Shown: piece by piece, positions 19,166-28,320 of the stretch
How positions within the stretch are numbered: position 1 is the stretch's first letter
Layout of the letters: every line of letters starts with the position of its first letter
NCBI GenBank assembly: GCA_041598875.1
Contig: JBFHXP010000001.1
Span: 26,179-90,178, forward strand
Reading direction: 5' to 3'
DNA: 64,000 nt
DNA from: Desulfobulbales bacterium
GTDB taxonomy: Bacteria > Desulfobacterota > Desulfobulbia > Desulfobulbales > BM004
The notes under the pieces: model-generated
Told to the model about the DNA's origin: nothing
The model's input: only the letters and a program-made list of their open reading frames with translations
Database searches by the model: none
Translations under genes and position numbers: made by a program

Positions 19166-20455
19166 TTACCTGTGTGCATCTGCGTCCTCTTCGCAACGCG
19201 GGGGCAGGTGAATCAAAAAACAGGCCCCTTCCCCCGGCGCACTTTCCACTTTGATAAAACCACCGCTTTCCCGGACTATCCGGTCAACGATGGACAGGCC
19301 CAGGCCCATTCCGGTCCCCACCTCCCGGGTGGTGAAAAAGGGATCAAAGATCCTGGTCAGCACATCAGGAGAAATTCCCGTGCCGGTATCCCGAATCGCG
19401 GCAACAACATACTCTTTTTCCTGGAGGCTCTCGGGCTCAATACTCTTTATTGTACTGGTTTTTATCGTCAAACGCGGGGAGTCGGTTTCCCCCATTGACT
19501 GGACCGCATTCTGAATGACATTCAAAAAGACCTGCTCAAACCTGACCTCCTGGCCGATGACCAGGGGAACAGAGCGGTCAAGGTCCAGCTCCACCTCAAT
19601 ATCCGAAAGGGCAAGCTGGCTGTCGAGAAACTTGAGAATATTGATTAAAATTGAATTAATTTCCACGGGGCAGGAGTCGGAGACCTCTTTACGGGCAAAA
19701 CTTTTCAGACTCTTGATAATTGATGAGGCCTTTTTTATCCGGTCGATAATGATCTGGAGATTTTCCTCCAACAGCTCTCTGTTAATGGTCGGCTCTTCTA
19801 AGGCTTTCAGACAGTTGCGCGAAAAGAGAAGCATCGCGTTCAAGGGCTGGGTCAATTCATGGCCTATCCCGGCCGCCATCTCGCCAAGGCTGGCCAGCCG
19901 GCCGGAGTGAATCAACTGCTCCTGGGCCTCTCGAATCCTGGACATCATCTTATGGGCATCGCTCATGTCCCTGGCAATCATCATGTGAAGCACCCGGCCC
20001 GATTCCGTGACAAAGGTCGAGCCATTGATGCTTACCCGAATCCTCTCCCCCCCACGGGCCTTGAATTCCGTTTCCCAGTTCTTGAACTCACCGGCGGAAA
20101 TACGTGCCTTGAGGGAGCGGCACGCCCCCTCATCCATGAGTGCATCCAGGGAGACCCTGCCATAATCTTCTGCCGGAAAATCAAGCAGGTGCAAAAACTC
20201 CTCGTTTGAGTTGGCAATAACAAAGTCCTTTGTCATGACAAAAAAGAGGTCTGAAAGACTTGCAAGGATCTTCTCTGAAAAGACCTTTTCCGTCTGGACC
20301 TCTTCATGTTTCTTCAGAATCCGAACGACCAGATCCTGTTTCTGCCTTTCAAGCAGTTCAACCAGTTTTTCGTTCGGCTCCATTCCCCTCGCACCCGCCC
20401 TTGACCATACACCTGAAAATTCACCCGGAGTACCCAGACCCCGACCCTGTGTCAC
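19166..20455 (-). CDS. PAS-domain sensor histidine kinase (cytoplasmic)
   Basis: H-box MAAGIGHELTQPLN, N-box NVIQNAVQS, G-boxes DTGTGI and GTGMGLGLS. A PAS-like region lies N-terminal and there are no TM helices. An alternative start is at 20383 (MEPNEK). Confidence 0.9.
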   Translation of the reverse strand: MTQGRGLGTPGEFSGVWSRAGARGMEPNEKLVELLERQKQDLVVRILKKHEEVQTEKVFSEKILASLSDLFFVMTKDFVIANSNEEFLHLLDFPAEDYGRVSLDALMDEGACRSLKARISAGEFKNWETEFKARGGERIRVSINGSTFVTESGRVLHMMIARDMSDAHKMMSRIREAQEQLIHSGRLASLGEMAAGIGHELTQPLNAMLLFSRNCLKALEEPTINRELLEENLQIIIDRIKKASSIIKSLKSFARKEVSDSCPVEINSILINILKFLDSQLALSDIEVELDLDRSVPLVIGQEVRFEQVFLNVIQNAVQSMGETDSPRLTIKTSTIKSIEPESLQEKEYVVAAIRDTGTGISPDVLTRIFDPFFTTREVGTGMGLGLSIVDRIVRESGGFIKVESAPGEGACFLIHLPPRCEEDADAHR

Positions 20456-20645
20456 AAAATATACACACCCGCCGAAAACGAATAATTACACGATACTACA
20501 CGATAACGCCCCACACCCCGTCACCACACCCACACAGTCGCCACCTGCGGCCTTCAGACCACTGCCTTGCCTCAGGAATTTTTTTAACTTGTAATTGCCT
20601 GTAATTACTGCACGAAATTTAACTCGTCCCCATCCCGCCCCAAAT

Positions 20646-20660
20646 TGGCGCAATAAATGC
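20646..20660 (+). promoter_or_regulatory. Candidate sigma54 -24/-12 promoter
   Basis: TGGCGCAATAAATGC has GG and GC at the correct 10-nt spacing. It matches TGGCACG-N4-TTGC except at 2 positions. It lies 52 nt upstream of the ATG at 20712. Confidence 0.55.
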
Positions 20661-20711
20661 TAACACCGGAAGCCAATAGCCCCATTAAGCGGACATTTTT
20701 TCTGAATTGCA

Positions 20712-21299
20712 ATGAAAAAGCAGACCTTAAACATAGATCAAGCGGCCTCCCTGTGCGGGGTATCTCCCACCCGCGTCAAGGCATGGATTGATAAAAAGGA
20801 ACTCCGGGCAGAGGAAAACCATGGCCGGGAGCAATGGATCAGGCATACCGACCTCATTGATTTTCTTGTTAAATTCAACATGCCGATCCCTGACGCGCTC
20901 CTGCCCTATAAGGCCAGAAAAATCCTGTTCATCTATAACGATGATTCGGGCGGCCGGTTGTTTATGCGTTTTTTAATCCGCCTCCTCGGTCATTTAAAAA
21001 AAACACAGCAGACCTTTGTTGCTGACCACATCCCCTATGGGCCGGATGCAAAAATAAAAGTGATGGTCTTCAAACCAGACCTTGTGCTGCTTGACATGAC
21101 TGAGAGCGATCATGACGCGATTTCCATGGGCCTGCAGATCAAGAACGCCACTGAGTTCAGCGCGGTAAAGCTCATTGCCGTCACCGCTGAAACCATTTTT
21201 GAAGAGCAGAGAGTATCAGCACTGAAAAACGGGATTGACACCATTGTGCCAGAATCGGTGAATATCCCTGTTTTTGCTGAAGAACTTAATTTCCTGTGA
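20712..21299 (+). CDS. Excisionase/MerR-type HTH fused to a receiver-like domain
   Basis: The N-terminus LNIDQAASLCGVSPTRVKAWIDKKEL is an HTH_17-type motif. The C-terminal receiver-like region has ILFIYNDD, LVLLDM and LIAVTAE. Confidence 0.7.
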   Translation: MKKQTLNIDQAASLCGVSPTRVKAWIDKKELRAEENHGREQWIRHTDLIDFLVKFNMPIPDALLPYKARKILFIYNDDSGGRLFMRFLIRLLGHLKKTQQTFVADHIPYGPDAKIKVMVFKPDLVLLDMTESDHDAISMGLQIKNATEFSAVKLIAVTAETIFEEQRVSALKNGIDTIVPESVNIPVFAEELNFL

Positions 21300-21348
21300 T
21301 GATCCCGGGGACAACACGCATCCGTGAGATTGAAATAGCCGGAACACC

Positions 21349-22995
21349 ATGCTGAAAGACAGAACACATTACTCACGACTGAAAAAAAGGTTTTCCATCA
21401 CCTTTATCCTGGTCGCCCTGGTGCCGTTTTTCCTTATCAGCTGGAGCTCCTCGCATTTTTATCAGATGTCATCCCTGGAAAACACCACCAGGGGCCTGAA
21501 GGGAACCGTGGAGAACAGAAAAGAGGTCATTAACTTTTTTCTTACTGACCAGAAGAACCTCTTATTGCAGTTGATTCACCTCTACTCATACGAGGTTTTC
21601 AAAGACCAGGGAGAGTTGGAAAGAATATTTACCGCGGTCGCTCCGAGCGGAATTGTCGATCTGGGATTGATTGATGCCAGCGGCCAGCACGTGACATATG
21701 TCGGGCCCTACCGACAGAAACTGATCGATAAGAACTATAAGGACGCCGACTGGTTTCATGAGGTGATGATCAACGGCTGCCATATCAGCGATGTCTTTCT
21801 CGGCTACCGCGAGGTGCCCCACTTTGTGGTGGCAGTGGCAGACCCTCTGAAAAAGTGGGTCCTGCGGGCCACGGTGAATTCGGAATTCTTTGACGGCCTC
21901 CTGCGCAACGCCCAGCTCGGTGAGAAAGGCGATGCCTTTATCGTCAACCGGGAGGGAAAATTCCAAACAGCCAGCCGGCTCCAGGTTAACACCCTGAACC
22001 TGAAAGAAAGGACGCTGCTTAATTACCATGAAGGGACCGAAGTGCATCAGATTGATAATTTCCTCTATGTGACCAGCTGGCTCAAGAACGGCGAATGGCT
22101 CCTGCTGGTCAAGCTCCAGACCTCGAGCGTCTTGGAGGTTTTTTATCATGCCCGCAACATCGACTTTCTCTCCATTCTGGCCGCCGCCCTGTTAATCATT
22201 GTTGTCGCGACCCTTACCGTGAATCAGATGGTAAACAAAATTGAGCGGGCCGACCGCGAAAAGGCAAGCCTGGACAGCCAGATGATCCAGGTGGAAAAAA
22301 TGGCTTCCCTGGGCAGAATGGCTGCCGGGGTGGCCCATGAGGTGAACAACCCCCTGCAGCTGATCACCGATCAGTCCGGGTGGATCGGTGACCTTCTCGA
22401 TGAGGAAGATCCCGGAAAAATCCGCCACATGGATGAATACCGCCAGGCCCTGGCTAAAATCAAGGCCCATGTGGCCCGGGCAAGCGGCGTCACCCACAGA
22501 TTGTTGGGATTTTCACGGAAAATGGAGGCAAAAAAGGCAGAGGCGCATATCAATTTTCTTATCGAAGAGGTTCTCTCCTTTCTTGAAAACGAGGCGGCCG
22601 GCCACGATATCACCATAACTACCCACCTGCAAAAGGATATCCCGGCGATCATGACCGACGCCACCCAGATCCAGCAGGTGTTTTTAAATATTCTCAACAA
22701 CAGCATCGATGCCATTGGGAAAAAGGGGGCCATAGAGATCACCACCCTGGTCGACGGAAAGGGCATATGTATCACTATTGCCGATACCGGTCCGGGAATC
22801 AAACCCGGGATCGCACATCATATCTTTGACCCCTTTTTCACCACCAAGGAACCGGGCAAGGGAACCGGACTCGGGTTGTCCATCTGCTACAACATTATCC
22901 AGTCGCTGGGAGGCACGATTGAAGTCGGTAACAGGCAAGAGGGAGGAGCGGTCTTTTCGATAAAACTGCCGATTACAACCGGGGAAACCAGCTGA
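21349..22995 (+). CDS. Cache-type periplasmic sensor histidine kinase
   Basis: Two TM helices flank a ~250-aa extracytoplasmic domain (SDVFLGYREVPHFVVAV..WVLRATV). H-box AAGVAHEVNNPL, N-box LNILNNSIDA, G-boxes DTGPGI and GTGLGLS. Confidence 0.9.
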   Translation: MLKDRTHYSRLKKRFSITFILVALVPFFLISWSSSHFYQMSSLENTTRGLKGTVENRKEVINFFLTDQKNLLLQLIHLYSYEVFKDQGELERIFTAVAPSGIVDLGLIDASGQHVTYVGPYRQKLIDKNYKDADWFHEVMINGCHISDVFLGYREVPHFVVAVADPLKKWVLRATVNSEFFDGLLRNAQLGEKGDAFIVNREGKFQTASRLQVNTLNLKERTLLNYHEGTEVHQIDNFLYVTSWLKNGEWLLLVKLQTSSVLEVFYHARNIDFLSILAAALLIIVVATLTVNQMVNKIERADREKASLDSQMIQVEKMASLGRMAAGVAHEVNNPLQLITDQSGWIGDLLDEEDPGKIRHMDEYRQALAKIKAHVARASGVTHRLLGFSRKMEAKKAEAHINFLIEEVLSFLENEAAGHDITITTHLQKDIPAIMTDATQIQQVFLNILNNSIDAIGKKGAIEITTLVDGKGICITIADTGPGIKPGIAHHIFDPFFTTKEPGKGTGLGLSICYNIIQSLGGTIEVGNRQEGGAVFSIKLPITTGETS

Positions 22996-23055
22996 TAATC
23001 GGCACAGCTCATCATGTGCAGTCCATCCTGTTTTCACAAATAAGGAGATAAGAAC

Positions 23056-23484
23056 ATGAAAGATTTCAATGTATTGATCGTTGACGATGAAACGGATTTC
23101 CTGGAAACAACCCTTAAGAGGATGCAAAAGAGAAACATCCGCTGCGAAGGGGTTGATAACGGCAGAGAGGCCATTGAGAAGATCAGCAAGGGGACTTTTG
23201 ACGTGGTTCTGCTCGATGTAAAGATGCCGATCATGGACGGGGTGGAGACACTCCGGGAGATCAAGCGGATCAGGCCGCTGACCGAGGTGGTCATGCTCAC
23301 CGGTCATGCCTCCGTGGACTCGGGGATTGAAGGGATGAAGCTCGGCGCCTTTGATTATCTGATGAAACCGATGGATCTTGATCCATTGCTGGAAAAAATC
23401 CAGGATGCCTATGAAAAAAAACGCCTCCAGGAAGAAAAGATCGAGCAGGCTCAGATGAAAAAACACATGAGCCTTCCCGGATAA
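23056..23484 (+). CDS. Stand-alone response-regulator receiver
   Basis: Canonical receiver residues: LIVDDET, LLDVKMPIMDG, MLTGHAS, LMKPMD. Confidence 0.9.
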   Translation: MKDFNVLIVDDETDFLETTLKRMQKRNIRCEGVDNGREAIEKISKGTFDVVLLDVKMPIMDGVETLREIKRIRPLTEVVMLTGHASVDSGIEGMKLGAFDYLMKPMDLDPLLEKIQDAYEKKRLQEEKIEQAQMKKHMSLPG

Positions 23485-23580
23485 GATTTTTCAGTGAATT
23501 CCCCGCATCTTACCGCGGCAGGACACTATGATTCAGACGGTATTGCAAGATTAACCACAACAGAGGAGAGGAAAAAGAAA

Positions 23581-24897
23581 ATGAACTTTGTCAAACATCT
23601 AGGTCAATTCATGATGATGGGAGCACGGGCCCATGCCCAATGGGAGATCGACACCTCGCAACGCATCATCCGCGATCCCAGGCGGCTGGTTATTCTGGGG
23701 CTGCTCTGTCTGCCGATCATGTTCCTCGGGGTTGCCTATGCCGAGGAAATTTCCGGCATCCTGCCAACCTTTATCGGCGGGAAAACCGCCTATTCCCCGG
23801 CTTTTTACACGCCAACCATCTTCTTTGCCTCCATCGGCGTCGGGATCTGCGCCGGGCTCATCACCGGATGCATCGGCGCCGGCGGCGGCTTTATCATCGC
23901 CCCGGCCCTGATGAGCGCCGGGGTCAAGGGTATCCTTGCGGTCGGTACCGACCTCTTCCACATCTTTGCCAAGGCGATCATGGGCAGCGTCCTGCACCGC
24001 AAAATGGGCAACATCTCCATCGGTCTGGCCCTGTGGTTCATCCTGGGCTCCATGGGGGGCGCCACCCTTGGCGGCTACATCAACCGCACCATCTATGACG
24101 CCAATCCGGTGATGAGCGATGCCTTTATCACCTCCATCTACGTCTTTATGCTCGGATTTCTTTCGTTTTATTCACTGATGGATTTCTTCAAGGCCCGCAA
24201 GGCGGCGGCTGGCATTGCCGATAAATCAGAGGAAGAACAGAAAAAATTCAAGGCCGGGACCTTGACCGGATTTGCCCAGAAACTGCAGTCAATGAACATC
24301 CCGCCAATGGTTCATTTTGACCAAAGCATCGTGCCGGGCGGACGCAAGATTTCAGCTGTTTTCCTTATTCTTTCCGGCGCCTTTGTCGGCCTGGCGGCGG
24401 CGATCATGGGCGTGGGCGGCGGGTTCCTGACCTTCCCGATCTTTGTCTACACCCTGGGTGTCTCCTCTGCCACCACCGTTGGCACCGACATCTTCCAGAT
24501 CATTTTCACCGCCGGTTACGCCGGCCTTGGCCAGTACGCAATCTACGGATTCATCTTCTACACCCTGGCCATGGGCATGCTCCTTGGCTCCCTTATCGGT
24601 ATTCAGGTCGGCTCCCTGGTGACCAAGGTCGTGCCGGGCCAGACCATCTGCGGTTTTTATGCCACCGCGGTCATGGCCGGTTTCATCAACCGGGTTTTTG
24701 CCCTGCCGGTCAAACTCGGCAAGATGGGCCTGATTCCCCTCAACCCAGACACCGGAAAACTGCTCGAAGATATCGGCATCTATGCCTTTTTCATTGTTAT
24801 CACGGTGTTTTCACTGTGGGTTTTCTGGACATTTTTTTCCAATCTTAAAACATTGAAGGTCGGCCCCACTGCTCACGGGAAGGAGGCACACGCATGA
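23581..24897 (+). CDS. Large TSUP (TauE/SafE) family permease
   Basis: Duplicated 4-TM TSUP halves (GCIGAGGGFIIAP and MGVGGGFLTFP) are separated by a charged loop. The start is chosen at the ATG with GGAGAGG upstream. The ORF is open from 23494. Confidence 0.8.
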   Translation: MNFVKHLGQFMMMGARAHAQWEIDTSQRIIRDPRRLVILGLLCLPIMFLGVAYAEEISGILPTFIGGKTAYSPAFYTPTIFFASIGVGICAGLITGCIGAGGGFIIAPALMSAGVKGILAVGTDLFHIFAKAIMGSVLHRKMGNISIGLALWFILGSMGGATLGGYINRTIYDANPVMSDAFITSIYVFMLGFLSFYSLMDFFKARKAAAGIADKSEEEQKKFKAGTLTGFAQKLQSMNIPPMVHFDQSIVPGGRKISAVFLILSGAFVGLAAAIMGVGGGFLTFPIFVYTLGVSSATTVGTDIFQIIFTAGYAGLGQYAIYGFIFYTLAMGMLLGSLIGIQVGSLVTKVVPGQTICGFYATAVMAGFINRVFALPVKLGKMGLIPLNPDTGKLLEDIGIYAFFIVITVFSLWVFWTFFSNLKTLKVGPTAHGKEAHA

Positions 24898-25580
24898 TTG
24901 CCAATAAAAAGGAATTCGGTTTGGGGGTTGCCCTGTTCGCAGGCTTCTGGGTCGTGTTTGTCATTCTGATGTCGCCGGTGTTCGCCGGCATGAACCTCTT
25001 GGACTATATGGACAACCTCTACAACATGATCTCCAAGAAATCATCCTATTACATCCCGGTTGTCCAGAAGAAGCTCGTGGACTACACCGGCCAGCAGGTC
25101 TCTTTTTCCCTCAAGGCCAAGGGCGAGGAAAAAATCACCCGCCTGACCAGGATGTTTGAGGCGGGCGGGGCCACCGTCACCCCGGATGGGGAACAGTTGA
25201 AAATCTCCGGTGATTTGAGCGCCATGGTCGGCGCGGCGATGATCGATGCCGAGGCGATGTTTGCCAATGAAGGCAGCAAGGTCTCTGCCAGATATGGCAG
25301 TGATGAACGGGCGGTTCTGTATGACTGGTGGGACGCATTCAAGACCGCTGAAAAAGAGATGAACAAAAACAGTAAGTTCCAGGAAGGAAAAATCTTCAAC
25401 ATCGCCCAGACCAAGGCCCTTGAACCGGCCTACAACTACTACGGCATCCCTGCGGTGCCGATCAAGGAAAAGTGGGGAACCGTGGTCATTTCCCTGGTCG
25501 GATATGTCTTTTATACCCTGTGGTTCGGGTTCGCCATCCTCTTCATGTTTGAAGGGTGGGGCCTGAGGCTCGAGCATTAG
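24894..25580 (+). CDS. Two-TM protein of unknown function, translationally coupled to the TSUP gene
   Basis: 228 aa with N- and C-terminal TM helices around a ~150-aa soluble domain. It overlaps the TSUP stop by 4 nt. No family recognised. Confidence 0.6.
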   Translation: MIANKKEFGLGVALFAGFWVVFVILMSPVFAGMNLLDYMDNLYNMISKKSSYYIPVVQKKLVDYTGQQVSFSLKAKGEEKITRLTRMFEAGGATVTPDGEQLKISGDLSAMVGAAMIDAEAMFANEGSKVSARYGSDERAVLYDWWDAFKTAEKEMNKNSKFQEGKIFNIAQTKALEPAYNYYGIPAVPIKEKWGTVVISLVGYVFYTLWFGFAILFMFEGWGLRLEH

Positions 25581-25606
25581 AGTCTCGCCTGTTTCGCAGG
25601 ATCCGG

Positions 25607-25640
25607 AAAAAGGCCGGCCCGGTCAGGCCGGCCTTTTTTG
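25607..25640 (+). terminator. Rho-independent terminator
   Basis: A GGCCGGCC / GGCCGGCC stem (25612-25619 and 25626-25633) with a 6-nt loop, followed by TTTTTT. Confidence 0.8.
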
Positions 25641-25698
25641 TTGCCCATGGGCAGCTGCTGGTTTTGTTTTCCCGCTGATCACGGTAAGATGTCCCCTG

Positions 25699-28320
25699 AT
25701 GCGATGCCGATCCGACAAACCTCTCAGGTCTCACGACATGCCTTCACTCTCGGCCCTGTGGCAGACACTCTGTAACTGGTTTCGTTTTGACCCGCCGCCG
25801 GCCACGCCGTCCATTTCATTTGCTCAATGCTACAAGGCCTTCCGGGCGCTGCTTACCGCCAACAACGCCGCCCTTGAACTGATGGCCGCGATGGAACAGA
25901 CCCATGCTGCCGGCCGGCCGTTCGGCATGGCCTTTGTCCGCGGCAACTGCACCGCCCTTTCAGTGAACATATACAAGATGATCCGGCATCTCCAGGAGAT
26001 GTCCGGCGGCCGGTATCAGGATCTCCACTCCGCCTTCAACCGCATAGCCGGCGAACTCGAAAGCCTGGTCAGGAACAGGCCGGTCAACCCAGAGGGGGAA
26101 TGGGTCCTGCCCCTGGACCGGATTGACCGGACCATGGTCGACCAGGTGGGCGAAAAAATGGCCAACCTTGGAGAAATCCGCAACCGGGTTGGCCTTAAGA
26201 CGCCGGAAGGCTTTGCCATTACCGCCTCGGCGAGCCAATACTTCATGGCAGCCACCGGTCTCCAGGATGAGATCAACCGCCGCCTGAAAACCATGGATGA
26301 AGAGAACCTGGAAGAACTCTACCGGACCAGTTCGGCCATCCAGCAGATGATCATCAATACCGTTCCGCCGGCTGACCTCGAACAACGGATCCTGGAAAGT
26401 CATCACGCCCTGCAGGATCCCGCCGGGGAGGAAATTCTGGTCTCGCTCCGCTCCAGCGCCCTGGGCGAGGACAGCGGCACCGCCTCTTTTGCCGGGCAGT
26501 ACCGCACCCAACTCAATGTCAGCCCTGAGTTCATCATCCATACCTACAAGGAAATCGTGGCCGGAAAATACAAGAGCCAGGCCATTATCTATCGGAACCA
26601 GCGCGGTTTCCGCCACCAGGACATCATCATGTGCGTGGGGTGCCTGATTATGGTGGACGCGGTTTTGAGCGGGGTCTGCTACTCGCGTTCGCCCCTCAAC
26701 CGCCGCAGCGACTGGGTGGAAATCAACGCGGTGACCGGCCTGGCGAGCCAGGTGGTGGATGGTATTGCCAAGACTGACTATTTCCGGGTCAGCCGTCACT
26801 CCCCGCACCCGATTATCCACAAGAAAATTCACTCCCTTGCAGACAGCATCGACTCCTGCCCCATCCCCTTTGTCTCCCTGAGTGATGAACAGGCCGGTGA
26901 ACTCGCCCGCATCGCCATCCGGCTCGAAGAGCATTTCGGCGAGCCCCAGGACATCGAGTGGTCGATAGACCGCGGGGGAGAGATCGTGCTCCTCCAGAGC
27001 CGCCCCCTGGGTTTGTCTGCTGACCTGCCCGCCGGTTTAATTGACCGTGATGTGGAAGAAAGTGGTGATGCGCTCTTAAAGGGGGGAGTTACCGCGAGTC
27101 TCGGGGTGGGTTGCGGGCCGGTCTGCATTGTCCGTTCCGCTGTCGATCTGCTCCGTTTTCCCAGGGGTGCGGTGCTGGTGGTGGCACATCCTGTTCCCGA
27201 ATGGGCCACCCTGCTCAACCGGGCCGCGGCGGTAATCAGTGAGACCGGCCAGGTGGCGGCCCACCTGGCAACAGTGGCCCGCGAGTTCGGGGTGCCCGCC
27301 ATATTTGGCCTGGATCGGGCAACCGCCATTCTCAGCGAGGGCGAGGAGATAACCATTGACGCCACCGCCTGTCGCGTCTATCAGGGACGCAGAGAGGATA
27401 TCCTTGCCTACGGCGCAGATCAGGCCCCGAACCTGATGGTCAACAGCCCGATCCATAATCTGCTCAAAAAGGTCCTCGCCATGGTCACCCCCCTTACCCT
27501 GACCGACCCGACCTCGCTCTACTTCACGCCCTCTTCCTGCCGGACCATGCACGATATGACCCGTTTCTGTCATGAAAAGGCGGTGCTTGAGATGTTCTCC
27601 TTCGGCAGCCGGTATGGCTTTGACGACAAGAGCGCCAAGCAGCTGGTGGGAGACGCCACCGCCTACCAGTGGTGGGTGATCGATCTGGAGGATGGTTTTG
27701 ACCGTTCATTTGACAGAAAGGAGAAGTTCATCCCCATAACCGCCATCGTTTCCCTGCCGATGCAGGCGATATGGGAAGGGATGACGGTGGTCCCCTGGGA
27801 TGGACCGCCCCCGATAAACCTCTCCGGTTTCGGTTCCATCCTCTTCCAGTCGACCCGGAACCGCAATCTCGAGCCCAGTCTCCGCTCCACGCTCACCAAC
27901 CGGAACTACTTCATGGTTTCAAAGAATTTCTGCAACGTCAGTGTCCGCCTGGGTTATCATTTTGCGATGATCGAGGCCCACCTGAGCGAATTTCTGACCG
28001 AAAACTACGTAAGCTTCACCTTCAAGGGCGGCGCTGCCGATGAACAGCGGCGGGTGACCCGGATCGCGCTGATCAAGGATATCCTGGCCCGCTATGGTTT
28101 CCGGCTGGAGTTGAAGGCAGACGCCCTTTCGGCCCGAATCGAGAAGCGGCCCGACAGCTATCTCCTTGACCGCCTGAAGGTTCTGGGATATCTGCTGATG
28201 CATACCAGGCAGATCGACATGGTGATGAGCGATCAGAACATGGTGGCCCACTACCGGGAAAAAATTACCACCGACCTGCTCCGGATTGTTCCGGATTGCG
28301 AGATGGAGAATGGACAATGA
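25699..28320 (+). CDS. PpsA/PPDK-like phosphotransferase (ATP-grasp PPDK_N plus swivelling His domain) with a non-canonical C-terminal domain
   Basis: The N-terminal half has VGEKMANLGE, LRSSALGEDSGTASFAGQ and IEWSID..LLQSRPL. The mobile domain reads ETGQVAAHLATVAREFGVPAIFG. The last ~300 aa show no PEP-utilizer TIM-barrel motifs. An alternative start is at 25738. Confidence 0.85.
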   Translation: MRCRSDKPLRSHDMPSLSALWQTLCNWFRFDPPPATPSISFAQCYKAFRALLTANNAALELMAAMEQTHAAGRPFGMAFVRGNCTALSVNIYKMIRHLQEMSGGRYQDLHSAFNRIAGELESLVRNRPVNPEGEWVLPLDRIDRTMVDQVGEKMANLGEIRNRVGLKTPEGFAITASASQYFMAATGLQDEINRRLKTMDEENLEELYRTSSAIQQMIINTVPPADLEQRILESHHALQDPAGEEILVSLRSSALGEDSGTASFAGQYRTQLNVSPEFIIHTYKEIVAGKYKSQAIIYRNQRGFRHQDIIMCVGCLIMVDAVLSGVCYSRSPLNRRSDWVEINAVTGLASQVVDGIAKTDYFRVSRHSPHPIIHKKIHSLADSIDSCPIPFVSLSDEQAGELARIAIRLEEHFGEPQDIEWSIDRGGEIVLLQSRPLGLSADLPAGLIDRDVEESGDALLKGGVTASLGVGCGPVCIVRSAVDLLRFPRGAVLVVAHPVPEWATLLNRAAAVISETGQVAAHLATVAREFGVPAIFGLDRATAILSEGEEITIDATACRVYQGRREDILAYGADQAPNLMVNSPIHNLLKKVLAMVTPLTLTDPTSLYFTPSSCRTMHDMTRFCHEKAVLEMFSFGSRYGFDDKSAKQLVGDATAYQWWVIDLEDGFDRSFDRKEKFIPITAIVSLPMQAIWEGMTVVPWDGPPPINLSGFGSILFQSTRNRNLEPSLRSTLTNRNYFMVSKNFCNVSVRLGYHFAMIEAHLSEFLTENYVSFTFKGGAADEQRRVTRIALIKDILARYGFRLELKADALSARIEKRPDSYLLDRLKVLGYLLMHTRQIDMVMSDQNMVAHYREKITTDLLRIVPDCEMENGQ

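Noticed and set aside
20712-21299. Excisionase-family HTH as evidence for a prophage or integrative element
   Set aside because: There is no integrase, att-like repeats, phage genes or compositional shift nearby. The HTH is fused to a receiver-like domain and sits in a two-component operon, so it is a regulator rather than a mobile-element gene.
25960-26934. 324-aa minus-strand ORF inside the PpsA-like gene. Similar long antisense ORFs occur at 30552..31736, 36088..36867, 39159..39884, 51116..51985, 53704..54684 and 56128..57111.
   Set aside because: Each is fully antisense to a CDS with strong family motifs. Their products are Gly/Arg/Pro/His-rich and have no recognisable domains, so they are treated as non-coding shadows.
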